This document shows positions 18,779 through 29,379 of a stretch of 64,000 nucleotides of DNA, one piece after another (the first letter of the stretch is position 1; every line of letters begins with the position of its first letter). Location: positions 434,001 through 498,000 of the forward strand of contig JAHLTZ010000011.1 of assembly GCA_025786725.1 (NCBI GenBank). Direction: 5' to 3'. A program made the position numbers and the translations under genes. This DNA is from Syncephalis fuscata S228 (lineage: Eukaryota; Fungi; Zoopagomycota). Below the pieces are notes generated by a model. It worked only from the letters and a program-made list of their open reading frames with translations, did no database searches and was not told the origin of the DNA.

Positions 18779-19288
18779 AAAATTCGTTCCAATTGAAGTC
18801 ATGCCATTATTATGCACAACATAGCTATATTACTCCCTATTAAAATATTGTTAATAAATTAATTTAAATAAACAATGTAACATACCATTTGATTTCATTG
18901 AAACATTTGAGGTCGATTATTATTGTTGTTGGCCATGTGTAGAAAGATTGATTGAATATTAATAGAAGCCATATAATTGCAATTCCATGTCGTTCCGTAT
19001 TGGTTGCTGTTGCATCTATGTACAGCATGGATTATTGCATTTGAATAGCCTTTTCTATTTTCTAATATTTTATTATTGCATTTTGAGCATATTTATGATG
19101 TAAGATCAGTATTAATATAATTAGTATAAAAGTCGTTTATTAAATAGCTACTTTCCCTATAGTCGATCTGATTAAATCAATGACATTTTGAACAATCAAT
19201 ATCATAATAACAATATATATATTAAGACAATAATAAAAATAACTAATTAATTATATTATTGTACTGATATCATACATGAATCAATTAA
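18779..19288 (+). repeat. ~510 bp AT-rich dispersed repeat, copy 1
   Basis: Runs from aaaattcgttccaattgaagtcatgcc to catgaatcaattaa and is near-identical to 39075-39582 in the same orientation. Weaker similarity extends ~15-40 nt upstream. Confidence 0.92.
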
Positions 19289-19559
19289 CTAATTCTAACG
19301 ACTGTGGCAGTATTTAAATTCAATAGTAATTATACCAACATTACTTACTATACTATTAGAGATTGTACACTTTAATAGCGCACACATATCAATAGCTGTA
19401 TTTACACCACAATCTAATGCAGTTACTAAAACTAACATGTGTAAATACATGGCGATGCAGCTCAAGTTCTAAAGCTGAGAAAGTTATTTTAAAACTGTTT
19501 TTATTTAAAACCATGCAGTAATAGCATAGTTAGAGTCATTATAAAACAACCAATCCAAT

Positions 19560-20891
19560 TTAGACAATTAGACTAGCATAAGTAAACAGTTCACTATCAG
19601 CAATAAACTGCTCATAGTAATTTTTGTCAACACCAAGACAAATGTCAAATCCACTTTTACCTGTTTGAGGACAAGGTGGTGATTCAAATATGGTACCGAC
19701 AAGTCCATTGGGATAGGTGAATCGCCGACAACATGTCGGATTGCCATATCCAAAGTTCATGCCTGCATAATAATCAAATTTAGACCAGTCGGTAGTAAAG
19801 ATGTCTATGCTACTTTTCCAGCTGCTCTCTCTGTTGATGGCCGATTCAGATTCGTCATCATTTGCCCACACAATCCATTCGTCTTTGCTGGTTTTTTGCG
19901 TCATTGCAATCGCTTTGCGGCGTGCCATGGCTACACTGCCAAGTGAATTATTTAATACATCACTGGCAATCATTGGAAATAGCGATGTTTCAACCGCATT
20001 GCCAAAATAGTTGGACGGAAGTCCTTTCAAATATTTACGCATACTAAATGCCGCAACATCACGCAGCAGTGTTTCCCCTGGAACTTGCCGTGCTCTGATG
20101 GCCGCCCGCCAAACAACCACTAAAACAACATCAAGCGTGGAGAACCATCCATTATTGCGTTCTTTTTCACTAAGCGAATCTATGGCCATCTGCTTTAGCT
20201 GTGTAAGCTTCTCCGGACTAAATCGAAACAAAACTGTATCTCTAGGACTATCCCACATAGCATAATATTGTTGGGTGTCCGGACTAGATAATGGCTTCTT
20301 TAACAAATGTCTAAGATCAAGGCCTAATTTTAGGAACTCTCGATTATGATTTGGCGGCAACGGGCTTTCTCCTCGTGTAAATGCCGCCCATGATTTCATA
20401 AACATTAGCCAGCCGTGTCCATCTGCAACATTATGGTGTGTTGATAGACACATCACAACGCCCGAGTTATTTGCAAACCGTGTAACACGAATGATAAGCG
20501 GTCGATCTTTCGCATCATTCCATGAAGCGGCTTGCCACTCTGGCCGGATACTGCTTTGTGGCCAGTCTGGATTAAACATAGAAATGTCATCTTCGCAGTA
20601 AGACTCCAAATAAAGAACGCCTTTGTCTGTACACTGGATTACGTAGTCGTGATTCTCAAGGCACGCCAATCGACCGGCAGCCATAGGATATTGTTCAACT
20701 GCTTTTTGAAGTCCTTCGACTAGCGTATTAGTTGACATGAAATCTGCCGCTTGCTCATGATTTTTATAAAAGAAAACTTGCTGTATATGTGTTGGAGGGG
20801 GGATATAGTCCGTATCGCTAAGATGATACGTAGTATTGCTATGGTTATTCTTTGGCGCGACCAGAATTTCAATTTTATTAACAACAGTCAT
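19560..20891 (-). CDS. CoA-dependent acyltransferase, transferase (PF02458/BAHD/Tri101-like) family, copy 1, intronless
   Basis: YPMAAGRL, catalytic HXXXD (HNVADG), NYFGN and DFGWG-like MNFGYG. ATG at 20891 (MTVVNK) aligns with the paralog starts. Confidence 0.92.
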   Translation of the reverse strand: MTVVNKIEILVAPKNNHSNTTYHLSDTDYIPPPTHIQQVFFYKNHEQAADFMSTNTLVEGLQKAVEQYPMAAGRLACLENHDYVIQCTDKGVLYLESYCEDDISMFNPDWPQSSIRPEWQAASWNDAKDRPLIIRVTRFANNSGVVMCLSTHHNVADGHGWLMFMKSWAAFTRGESPLPPNHNREFLKLGLDLRHLLKKPLSSPDTQQYYAMWDSPRDTVLFRFSPEKLTQLKQMAIDSLSEKERNNGWFSTLDVVLVVVWRAAIRARQVPGETLLRDVAAFSMRKYLKGLPSNYFGNAVETSLFPMIASDVLNNSLGSVAMARRKAIAMTQKTSKDEWIVWANDDESESAINRESSWKSSIDIFTTDWSKFDYYAGMNFGYGNPTCCRRFTYPNGLVGTIFESPPCPQTGKSGFDICLGVDKNYYEQFIADSELFTYASLIV

Positions 20892-21872
20892 GGTGAAATG
20901 ATAGAACGAATGAGTATGGGAAGCGACGATGCTCGACAAGCTGGTGTTTTAATCATATGCACCTCAACAGGTTTATGCAATAGAGCAGGTTTTGTAACAA
21001 AGATGCAAAGTTGCAGTGCAAATAATTTGAAATACACACTTTTAACACAATTAAGTGGTGCTTTTATATAAAACGCAGAATAATAAGTTGATAGAAATAG
21101 CCAACATTTATATTTCAATAGCGTATTTGTTTGTGCCGTAGTTATTAATACTGATAAACATATCTGACGTGTTATATTCTATTTGTATTTCTAATTAACA
21201 TATATATATTACTAGCTTTATAAAATTGATTTATTGTTTATAATGATAATCTGAATTAGAAAGATAAAGAACATTGAAAGGTGCTTGTATTTAATGGTTG
21301 GCTAATAATAATATTTTGTTAAAATGTTGTACCGCGTGTTTTCTTCAATCATTTATAGTCTTCAGCATAAATGATCCAGCTGGTAATGGCGTCATTGTAA
21401 ATCACATAACAGCCACAACTATAAAGATAGACATGAAACGAACTATTTGGAAAAATCACGCGCTGATAATAGCGAATTCTCAATTATCGACTGTCTTGAT
21501 ATGTTAAAAAGTATAAATTTGATTGATTCCAATTGACTCAAGTTTGGCTATTATATATTTGTATTTGGCAATGGCTATAATGAGCGTTGTTATCAATTCT
21601 TTACTATTATTTTTGGTTTATGGTTATTATATTCTTTTAGTATAAATAAATTCATACAAAAATAAGATCGGCATCTGCATTGTCTTTAAAAACAAATCTT
21701 ACGCAGTCTGTTAGCTAAAAAATGATAGCATATTACTAAGTTTTGATGGATATCCAGCAATATTATTAGTAACTAAGCAAGTAGTAGTATATAAGTTTTT
21801 ATTCTGTATATATATTCAAATTTAATTATTATTCAGTAAATTCATTCAGTAAATTTAAATTTGACATGACTG

Positions 21873-23875
21873 ATACATTTATTCCAATATTTACTTAAAC
21901 TTTGAATAGAAATAGCAAAAGATTGTGCTTGTGTTGTGCTAAAAATTGCTATGAAAATATAGCTGATTACACCAGCCAGTAGCTATAAATGCTTGGCATC
22001 AAAAGTCCAATTATGTGATATCTATCTTATAGGTCGTGCAATTCTGCGCGCAATCCCACATACGTTAAAAATAATGATAAAATGTATCAGCATTGTATAA
22101 ATTAGTCAATATTGCTAGCTGCGTGCACAATTTTTCCGTACCGTTTAGAGCCCAAGGCCTTAGCAACAACACAAAGAAACATGACTGCTTCTAGTATTGA
22201 GTCATTCGGTCGGTAAATCTAATTTATTGTTAAATCAACGCAGCTATTAGATAAAACAATCATAAAAATAAATTCATTGTTCTAATAGTTATTTTATTCG
22301 GCTATTACGTGATTTTACTTGAGTCATATCATGTATTTTGTAATGGGTCTTATCAGCGTGTTCTCATAGGTCAACGTGATGACACAGCAGGCGTCAATCA
22401 TGTGCATATTACAAAATTTGGTTTTTTGGCTTAAAGGTAAATTATCTTTATAAGAAACCAAAAAACAGTATGGTAGATATTGCTATTATACTTCACTGTC
22501 AGCCATTCAAACCACTGCCATCTTTATTCCATCGTTCGAATATGACCTTAAACGCTATCGTTGACACTTTGGTCAATTCAAGAAATGGCCACACACAAAC
22601 CAAGTACGAATTAAGTGACACTGATTACATTGCTGGCCGATTTCACACGCAGCGAGTTTTTTTTTATAAAAACCATGAAAATACAGCAGATTTCATGCCT
22701 ACTGAAAAGTTGATTAGTGCGCTGCAGAAAACAATCGAGCAATATCCTATTGTTGCCGGCCGATTGGTATCCATTGGAAACGACCAATACGAAGTGCAAT
22801 CACTTGATGAAGGTGTGCCATACCGGGAATCATATTGTGAAAATGATATTTCAGCATATAATCAGAACTGGCCAGATAGCAGTATTTCGCCTGAATGGCA
22901 AGCTGTCTTTGCAAACGAAGCAAAAGCCATACCGACAGTTATACATGTCACGCGATTTGCAAATAACTCGGGATTAATGATTTGTCAGGCTGGAAATCAT
23001 TACATTGCTGATGGTACTGGTTGGTCAATATTTTTAAAAACATGGGCGGCATTTGCACGAGGAGAGACACCGCCTCCACCAAATAATAATCGAAAATTAC
23101 TACAGCTTGAACCTGAATTAAAACATGTATTGAGAAAACCAAGACTAAATCAGTTTGAAAAATTATACAAGGCTATAACAAGTGTTTCTAGACAGCCAGC
23201 ACTACTTCGATTTAGCCCGGAGAGCCTTGCACAGTTGAAACAAGCGGCCATTGACTCACTCAGTGAGAATGAACGTGGTACTGGATGGTTTTCTACCCTG
23301 GATGTTGTTTTGAGCTTAATATGGCGCGCAAATACTAAAATTCAGCAAGTTCCACCAGAAAAATTACTGGCCGGATGTGGATCTTTTAATATGCGAACTT
23401 GTCTCGATACTATTCCGGATAACTATTTTGGCAACGTAATCGATGCAACAATGCTAGAGATAACAGCAGGTGATTTATTAAATAAATCGCTTGGTAGTGT
23501 AGCTTTAGCACATCGTCAATCGCTTATTGTTAGGGAGAGAAGCGATGCCAAAGAATGGATCATATGGGCAAATACTGAAGATGCAGTTTCACCAATTAAT
23601 AGGGCATGTTGTAAAGCAGACTTTGATTTTATTAGTTCAGATTTGTCCAAATGTAACTATTATGCTAAAATGGATTTTGGTCGTGGTAGTCCAGTCTGCT
23701 GTAGACGATATATACCGTCCAATGCATTTTTCACCATTATTTACGAAGCGCCGCCTTGTCCAAAAACAGGAAAAAGTGGTCTTGATATAACCGTCATGGT
23801 TGAAACCAAATTCTATGAAGATTTCATTAAGGACAGCGAGCTATTTACCTATGCTCAATTACTTGAATAAATAGT
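21873..23875 (+). repeat. Tandem segmental duplication unit 1 (~670 bp upstream region plus acyltransferase CDS)
   Basis: atacatttattccaatatttacttaaac... through ...cttgaataaatag is repeated at 24322-26324 (offset ~2449). Confidence 0.93.
22542..23870 (+). CDS. CoA-dependent acyltransferase (PF02458/BAHD-like), copy 2, intronless
   Basis: YPIVAGRL, HYIADG, NYFGN and MDFGRG. The likely start is MTLNA at 22542; an upstream in-frame ATG exists at 22470. Confidence 0.93.
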   Translation: MTLNAIVDTLVNSRNGHTQTKYELSDTDYIAGRFHTQRVFFYKNHENTADFMPTEKLISALQKTIEQYPIVAGRLVSIGNDQYEVQSLDEGVPYRESYCENDISAYNQNWPDSSISPEWQAVFANEAKAIPTVIHVTRFANNSGLMICQAGNHYIADGTGWSIFLKTWAAFARGETPPPPNNNRKLLQLEPELKHVLRKPRLNQFEKLYKAITSVSRQPALLRFSPESLAQLKQAAIDSLSENERGTGWFSTLDVVLSLIWRANTKIQQVPPEKLLAGCGSFNMRTCLDTIPDNYFGNVIDATMLEITAGDLLNKSLGSVALAHRQSLIVRERSDAKEWIIWANTEDAVSPINRACCKADFDFISSDLSKCNYYAKMDFGRGSPVCCRRYIPSNAFFTIIYEAPPCPKTGKSGLDITVMVETKFYEDFIKDSELFTYAQLLE

Positions 23876-24321
23876 TTATAGCAAGTTTTGCCAACAAATA
23901 TAAATTAACTAAAATTGTTGTAGCCTTAATGGATATCAATAATATTTTGTACTCAATTGCTTATACGATACTGGCTTGATTAAGTATTACCTGCTTTCTT
24001 ATTGAGCAGTTTTTTAATAAATGTGCACTCAGCTTGACACAATATTCTTGATTTGGTAAGTATTTACAATAAAAACTTTTTATTAGCCAGCGATTACTAC
24101 AGTTCTTGTCGACTTGTATGGTTTACGATGATTTATGTGATAAATAAATTATATAATGTGTTTGCGATATTTGCTTATTTTGTGGTCATACAATCTAATT
24201 AGTATAATTATTATTGCATTTATAATAATATGTTGAAAGTAAAAACTCGTTACTTTCAACTGACTTATACTTGATTACTAAACAATGAGTTTATTTGGCT
24301 CAATTAAATTTAATATAGCTA

Positions 24322-26324
24322 ATACATTTATTCCAATATTTACTTAAACTTTGAATAGAAATAGCAAAAGATTGTGCTTGTGTTGTGCTAAAAATTGCTA
24401 TGAAAATATAGCTGATTACACCAGCCAGTAGCTATAAATGCTTGGCATCAAAAGTCCAATTATGTGATATCTATCTTATAGGTCGTGCAATTCTGCGCGC
24501 AATCCCACATACGTTAAAAATAATGATAAAATGTATCAGCATTGTATAAATTAGTCAATATTGCTAGCTGCGTGCACAATTTTTCCGTACCGTTTAGAGC
24601 CCAAGGCCTTAGCAACAACACAAAGAAACATGACTGCTTCTAGTATTGAGTCATTCGGTCGGTAAATCTAATTTATTGTTAAATCAACGCAGCTATTAGA
24701 TAAAACAATCATAAAAATAAATTCATTGTTCTAATAGTTATTTTATTCGGCTATTACGTGATTTTACTTGAGTCATATCATGTATTTTGTAATGGGTCTT
24801 ATCAGCGTGTTCTCATAGGTCAACGTGATGACACAGCAAGCATCAATCATGTGCATATTACAAAATTTGGTTTTTGGCTTAAAGGTAAATTATCTTTATA
24901 AGAAACCAAAAAAACAGTATGATAGATATTGTTATTATACTTCACTGCCAGCCATTCAAGCCACTGCCATCTTTATTCCATCGTTCGAATATGACCTTAA
25001 ACGCTATCGTTGACACTTTGGTCAATTCAAGAAATGGCCACACACAAACCAAGTACGAATTAAGTGACACTGATTACATTGTTGGCCGATTTCACACGCA
25101 GCAAGTTTTTTTTTATAAAAACCATGAAAATACAGCAGATTTCATGCCTACTGAAAAGTTGATTAGTGCGCTGCAGAAAACAATCGAGCAATATCCTATT
25201 GTTGCCGGCCGATTGGTATCCATTGGAAACGACCAATACGAAGTGCAATCACTTGATGAAGGTGTGCCATACCGGGAATCATATTGTGAAAATGATATTT
25301 CAGCATATAATCAGAACTGGCCAGATAGCAGTATTTCGCCTGAATGGCAAGCTGTCTTTGCAAACGAAGCAGAAGCCATACCGACAGTTATACATGTCAC
25401 GCGATTTGCAAATAACTCGGGATTAATGATTTGTCAGGCTGGAAATCATTACATTGCTGATGGTATTGGCTGGTCAATATTTTTAAAAACATGGGCGGCA
25501 TTTGCACGAGGAGAGACACCGCCTCCACCAAATAATAATCGAAAATTACTACAGCTTGAACCTGAATTAAAACATGTATTGAGAAAACCAAGACTAAATC
25601 AGTTTGAGGAATTATGCAAGGCTATAACAAGTGTTTCTAGACAGCCAGCACTACTTCGATTTAGCCCGGAGAGCCTTGCACAGTTGAAACAAGCGGCCAT
25701 TGACTCACTCAGTGAGGATGAACGTGGTACTGGATGGTTTTCTACCCTGGATGTTGTTTTGAGCTTAATATGGCGCGTAAATACTAAAATTCAGCAAGTT
25801 CCACCAGAAAAATTGCTAAATGGATGTGATACTTTTAATATGCGAACTTGTCTCGATACTATTCCGGATAACTATTTTGGCAACGTAATCGATGCAACAA
25901 TGCTAGAGATAACAGCAGGTGATTTATTAAATAAATCGCTTGGTAGTGTAGCTTTAGCACATCGTCAATCGCTTATTGTTAGGGAGAGAAGCGATGCCAA
26001 AGAATGGATCATATGGGCAAATACTGAAGATGCAGTTTCACCAATTAATAGGGCATGTTGTAAAACAGACTCTGATTTTATTAGTTCAGATTGGTCCAAA
26101 TTTAATTATTATGCTAAAATGGATTTTGGTGATGGTAGTCTAACCTGCTGTAGACGATATATACCGTCCAATGCACTTATCACCATTATTCATGAGGCAC
26201 CACCTTGTCCAAAAACAGGAAAGAGCGGATTTGATATCACCGTCATGGTTGAAACCGAATTCTATGAAGATTTTGTCAAAAACAATCAATTGTTTACCTA
26301 TGCTCAATTACTTGAATAAATAGC
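24322..26324 (+). repeat. Tandem segmental duplication unit 2
   Basis: Near-identical to 21873-23875; the flanks diverge just after the stop codon. Confidence 0.93.
24991..26319 (+). CDS. CoA-dependent acyltransferase (PF02458/BAHD-like), copy 3, intronless
   Basis: HYIADG, NYFGN, SDWSKF and MDFGDG. About 27 aa differences from copy 2 over 442 aa (manual count). Confidence 0.93.
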   Translation: MTLNAIVDTLVNSRNGHTQTKYELSDTDYIVGRFHTQQVFFYKNHENTADFMPTEKLISALQKTIEQYPIVAGRLVSIGNDQYEVQSLDEGVPYRESYCENDISAYNQNWPDSSISPEWQAVFANEAEAIPTVIHVTRFANNSGLMICQAGNHYIADGIGWSIFLKTWAAFARGETPPPPNNNRKLLQLEPELKHVLRKPRLNQFEELCKAITSVSRQPALLRFSPESLAQLKQAAIDSLSEDERGTGWFSTLDVVLSLIWRVNTKIQQVPPEKLLNGCDTFNMRTCLDTIPDNYFGNVIDATMLEITAGDLLNKSLGSVALAHRQSLIVRERSDAKEWIIWANTEDAVSPINRACCKTDSDFISSDWSKFNYYAKMDFGDGSLTCCRRYIPSNALITIIHEAPPCPKTGKSGFDITVMVETEFYEDFVKNNQLFTYAQLLE

Positions 26325-27161
26325 GCGCAGTAGATTTTATTAATACGTATAAATTAGTCAAAATGATTTCTTATTAAATACTTATTTTAAAACGACTTTA
26401 ATTGTAGTGGATATTAATGGAGCATTCAAATCTAGAAATACTAGATATAATAAACAAACATGTAGTAAGTAAAGTGACAAAAATAATTGTTTAATTAATA
26501 GATGGCATAATATGTGTATGATAAGCTTAATAGCACAAAGCAAATAGGATAAATATATCACAATTATTGAAAATGTAGAACCACTGATCTTATAGCTAAA
26601 GTGACGCATTAACATATTTGTTTATTGTATGTTATTCATAATGCTGTAGAATCAATTGAATTGATACATTATTGAATTATGTGTAGACTATGCTTCTTGA
26701 TCGATACTAGATGTTTTGTCAGATCCAAACTGAAGCTAGCGATCAGCACACCATATGACGCTTTTTTAATACCTTAAAAAGTAGACACTATCATTAAGAC
26801 TATGCTTATTTTACTTTTGTGCATTGTTGAACACTGAGCAAATAGAACATTCTCTGGTGCTACATTATGCAGCAGCATGTAAAAAGTATAGGCGAGATTG
26901 CAGCAGAATACTATTTCATTACCTGTTTTTTTACTCCATTTCCGGTAATAATTGGTCGTTTACTCAAACACACTCGGGCAGCAAAGAATAATCAGTAAGT
27001 TAAACCATGTGCTACATGTGTATACCATACTATTTAAACTTGCTCGATTTCAAGTTGCCTACCTATATACAAATGTATTGGCCTTTTTATCATATTACTC
27101 AATAATTGAATTGGATATACCATTTATCTTATACGTTCTTTCATATTTTATTCTAATAGCT

Positions 27162-28486
27162 ATGCAGGTAGAAAATACGATCGAAGTCTACATTACTCCA
27201 AAAAGTGTTTCTGTGGATAGCAAATATCAATTTAGCGACGTAGAATATATTATCGGTGCTGTACATACACAGCGATTCTTCTTTTATAAAAATCATGAAC
27301 AAACAGTGGATTTTATGTCTACGGAGAAGCTGATTGATGGTTTGCAAAAAACAGTTGAGCAATATCCTATGGTTGCCGGCCGATTGGTTTGCGTTGGAAA
27401 TGATGATTATGAAATTCACTCTCTTGTAAGGGCGTACCATACAAAGAATCCCATTGCGAAAAGGACATATCAGCGTTTAATCAGAATTGGCCAGAAAGCA
27501 ACATACCACTTGAGTGGCAGGCCGTGCCTTGGGGTGAAGGAGCTGATCTACCGGTTGCTATTCATGTTACAAGATTTGCAAACAATTCAGGACTTGTCAT
27601 GTGCGTCTCAGGAAGCCATCTCGTATCAGACGGATCTGGATGGACGATGTTTATTAAAGCATGGGCGACATTCACACGAGGAGAGATACCATTGCCGCCA
27701 AATCATAACCGACAACTCTTGCGGCTAGATTCTAAATTACGGCATCTATTGAAAACGCCATTACCAGATTTAGCTAATAAGCAATATGAAAGAATAGTGG
27801 TATTTCTCGAAGGCCTATATTACTCAAATTTAAGCCAGAAAGTCTTGCACGACTGAAGCAACAAGCCATGGACTCACTTAGTGACGACGAGCGCAGTGCC
27901 GGATGGTTTTCCACGCTTGATGTCGTTACGGCACTAATCTGGCGAACAACAGTTAAAATTCGCCAACTTCCAGCAGACGAAATTCTAGGAATGCAAAGCT
28001 TAACTAATATGCGTAGCAAATTAAAGAATTTCCCAAATAACTTTTTTGGCAATTCGGTTGATGGGTCAATACTGGTAATGCAGCGAGCGATATATTAAAT
28101 AGTTCACTTGGCACTATAGCTTTGGCGAATCGCCAAGTGCTCAAAGTAGTGGACCAAATGACTGCGGAAGAATGGATCTTATGGGGAAACTCTGATAATG
28201 CCCGATCAATAATCAGCCGAGGACTTGAACAAAAGGTATTGATTTCCTTACCACTGACTGGAGCAAGTTTGGCTACTATACCGAAATGAACTTTGGCAAT
28301 GACAATCCTGTCTGCTATCGACGATATGCATATCCCAATGTAAAGCTCAGTACTATAATGGAAGGTTCATTATGCTTGAAAACAGGTAAACGTGAAATTT
28401 TAGTTTCATTTATGGTCGAGGACAGCTGGTATGAAAGCTTTATCAACCATGAAGATATAGCTAGCTATGCTACTGAACTTTTCTAA
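27162..28486 (+). pseudogene. Acyltransferase copy 4 with several frameshifts (pseudogene or assembly indels)
   Basis: Fragments in different frames: MQVENT...YPMVAGRL, HLVSDG, GWFSTLDVV...NNFFGN and MNFGNDNPVC. Breaks are near 27428, 27800, 28082 and 28235. Confidence 0.7.
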
Positions 28487-29379
28487 ATAATAAACAAAAC
28501 TTTTAGTGATACGAAATCGTGATTAGTATAGTTGCTTGGACGACAGTTGGTGTAAGTTATATAATAGTATAATTTATAAACGAACAATAGCTTTTGTATT
28601 CAGTGTTAATTTTTACATTGCCATTATCATCATGACCTGTCTTGTTTCTTTTTAAATAACCAATATTTTATTGTACAATGTTTAATATTAATCTATGGTT
28701 TTGATAAAATTACAGTTGTAATCGGTCATGCCGCTGCTAGTACACTTATCAATGCTAAATTATAGTTTTACTTGCTATAATCTTATGAAATATAATAGCA
28801 ATAAATACAAATGTTTATTTGGATAAATGAATATTCAATAATTACAGCCATTTAATTGCTTTTATTTTCACGACATGTAAACTATTGACTGTACAAGCAC
28901 ATAACACTATGCTTATTTAGTTAATAGCAATCCGATATGCTGCAGTATATTATCGAATAAAATAGCCGTTATTTAAATAATAATAATCGATGCAATTGTG
29001 TAATTGTACGCTTTATTGGACCATATATTTGATACGAAAGACTAAGCAACAGGACTATTATCAACCAACCAACTTGATATAGTATCATTTCCCCCACGCT
29101 TGCATAACAACAATCTTTCTCTTCACGTGTTACAGGAACGGCAAGTAAAGCCACAGTGACGTTTTTCTTATCTTTAAATCTATAGAAATAACACGTGATA
29201 ATTGTTGTCGTTGGTCGTACTTTGGCCAGAATAATGAGTGCACATGCCCTTACTGCATACTTTTCTGAGTAATAAAGCGAATAAAACCAATGCATGGTAG
29301 CACTCTCCGCTGTGTATCCTAGGCCTTTCTTGTCTCCTTTTTCTTTTTACCTCTTGTCGATATTGATGATACATCAAAG

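Noticed and set aside
18760-19290. piggyBac/MITE assignment for the dispersed repeat (TTAA near both ends)
   Set aside because: There are no terminal inverted repeats, and TTAA is very frequent in this AT-rich DNA.
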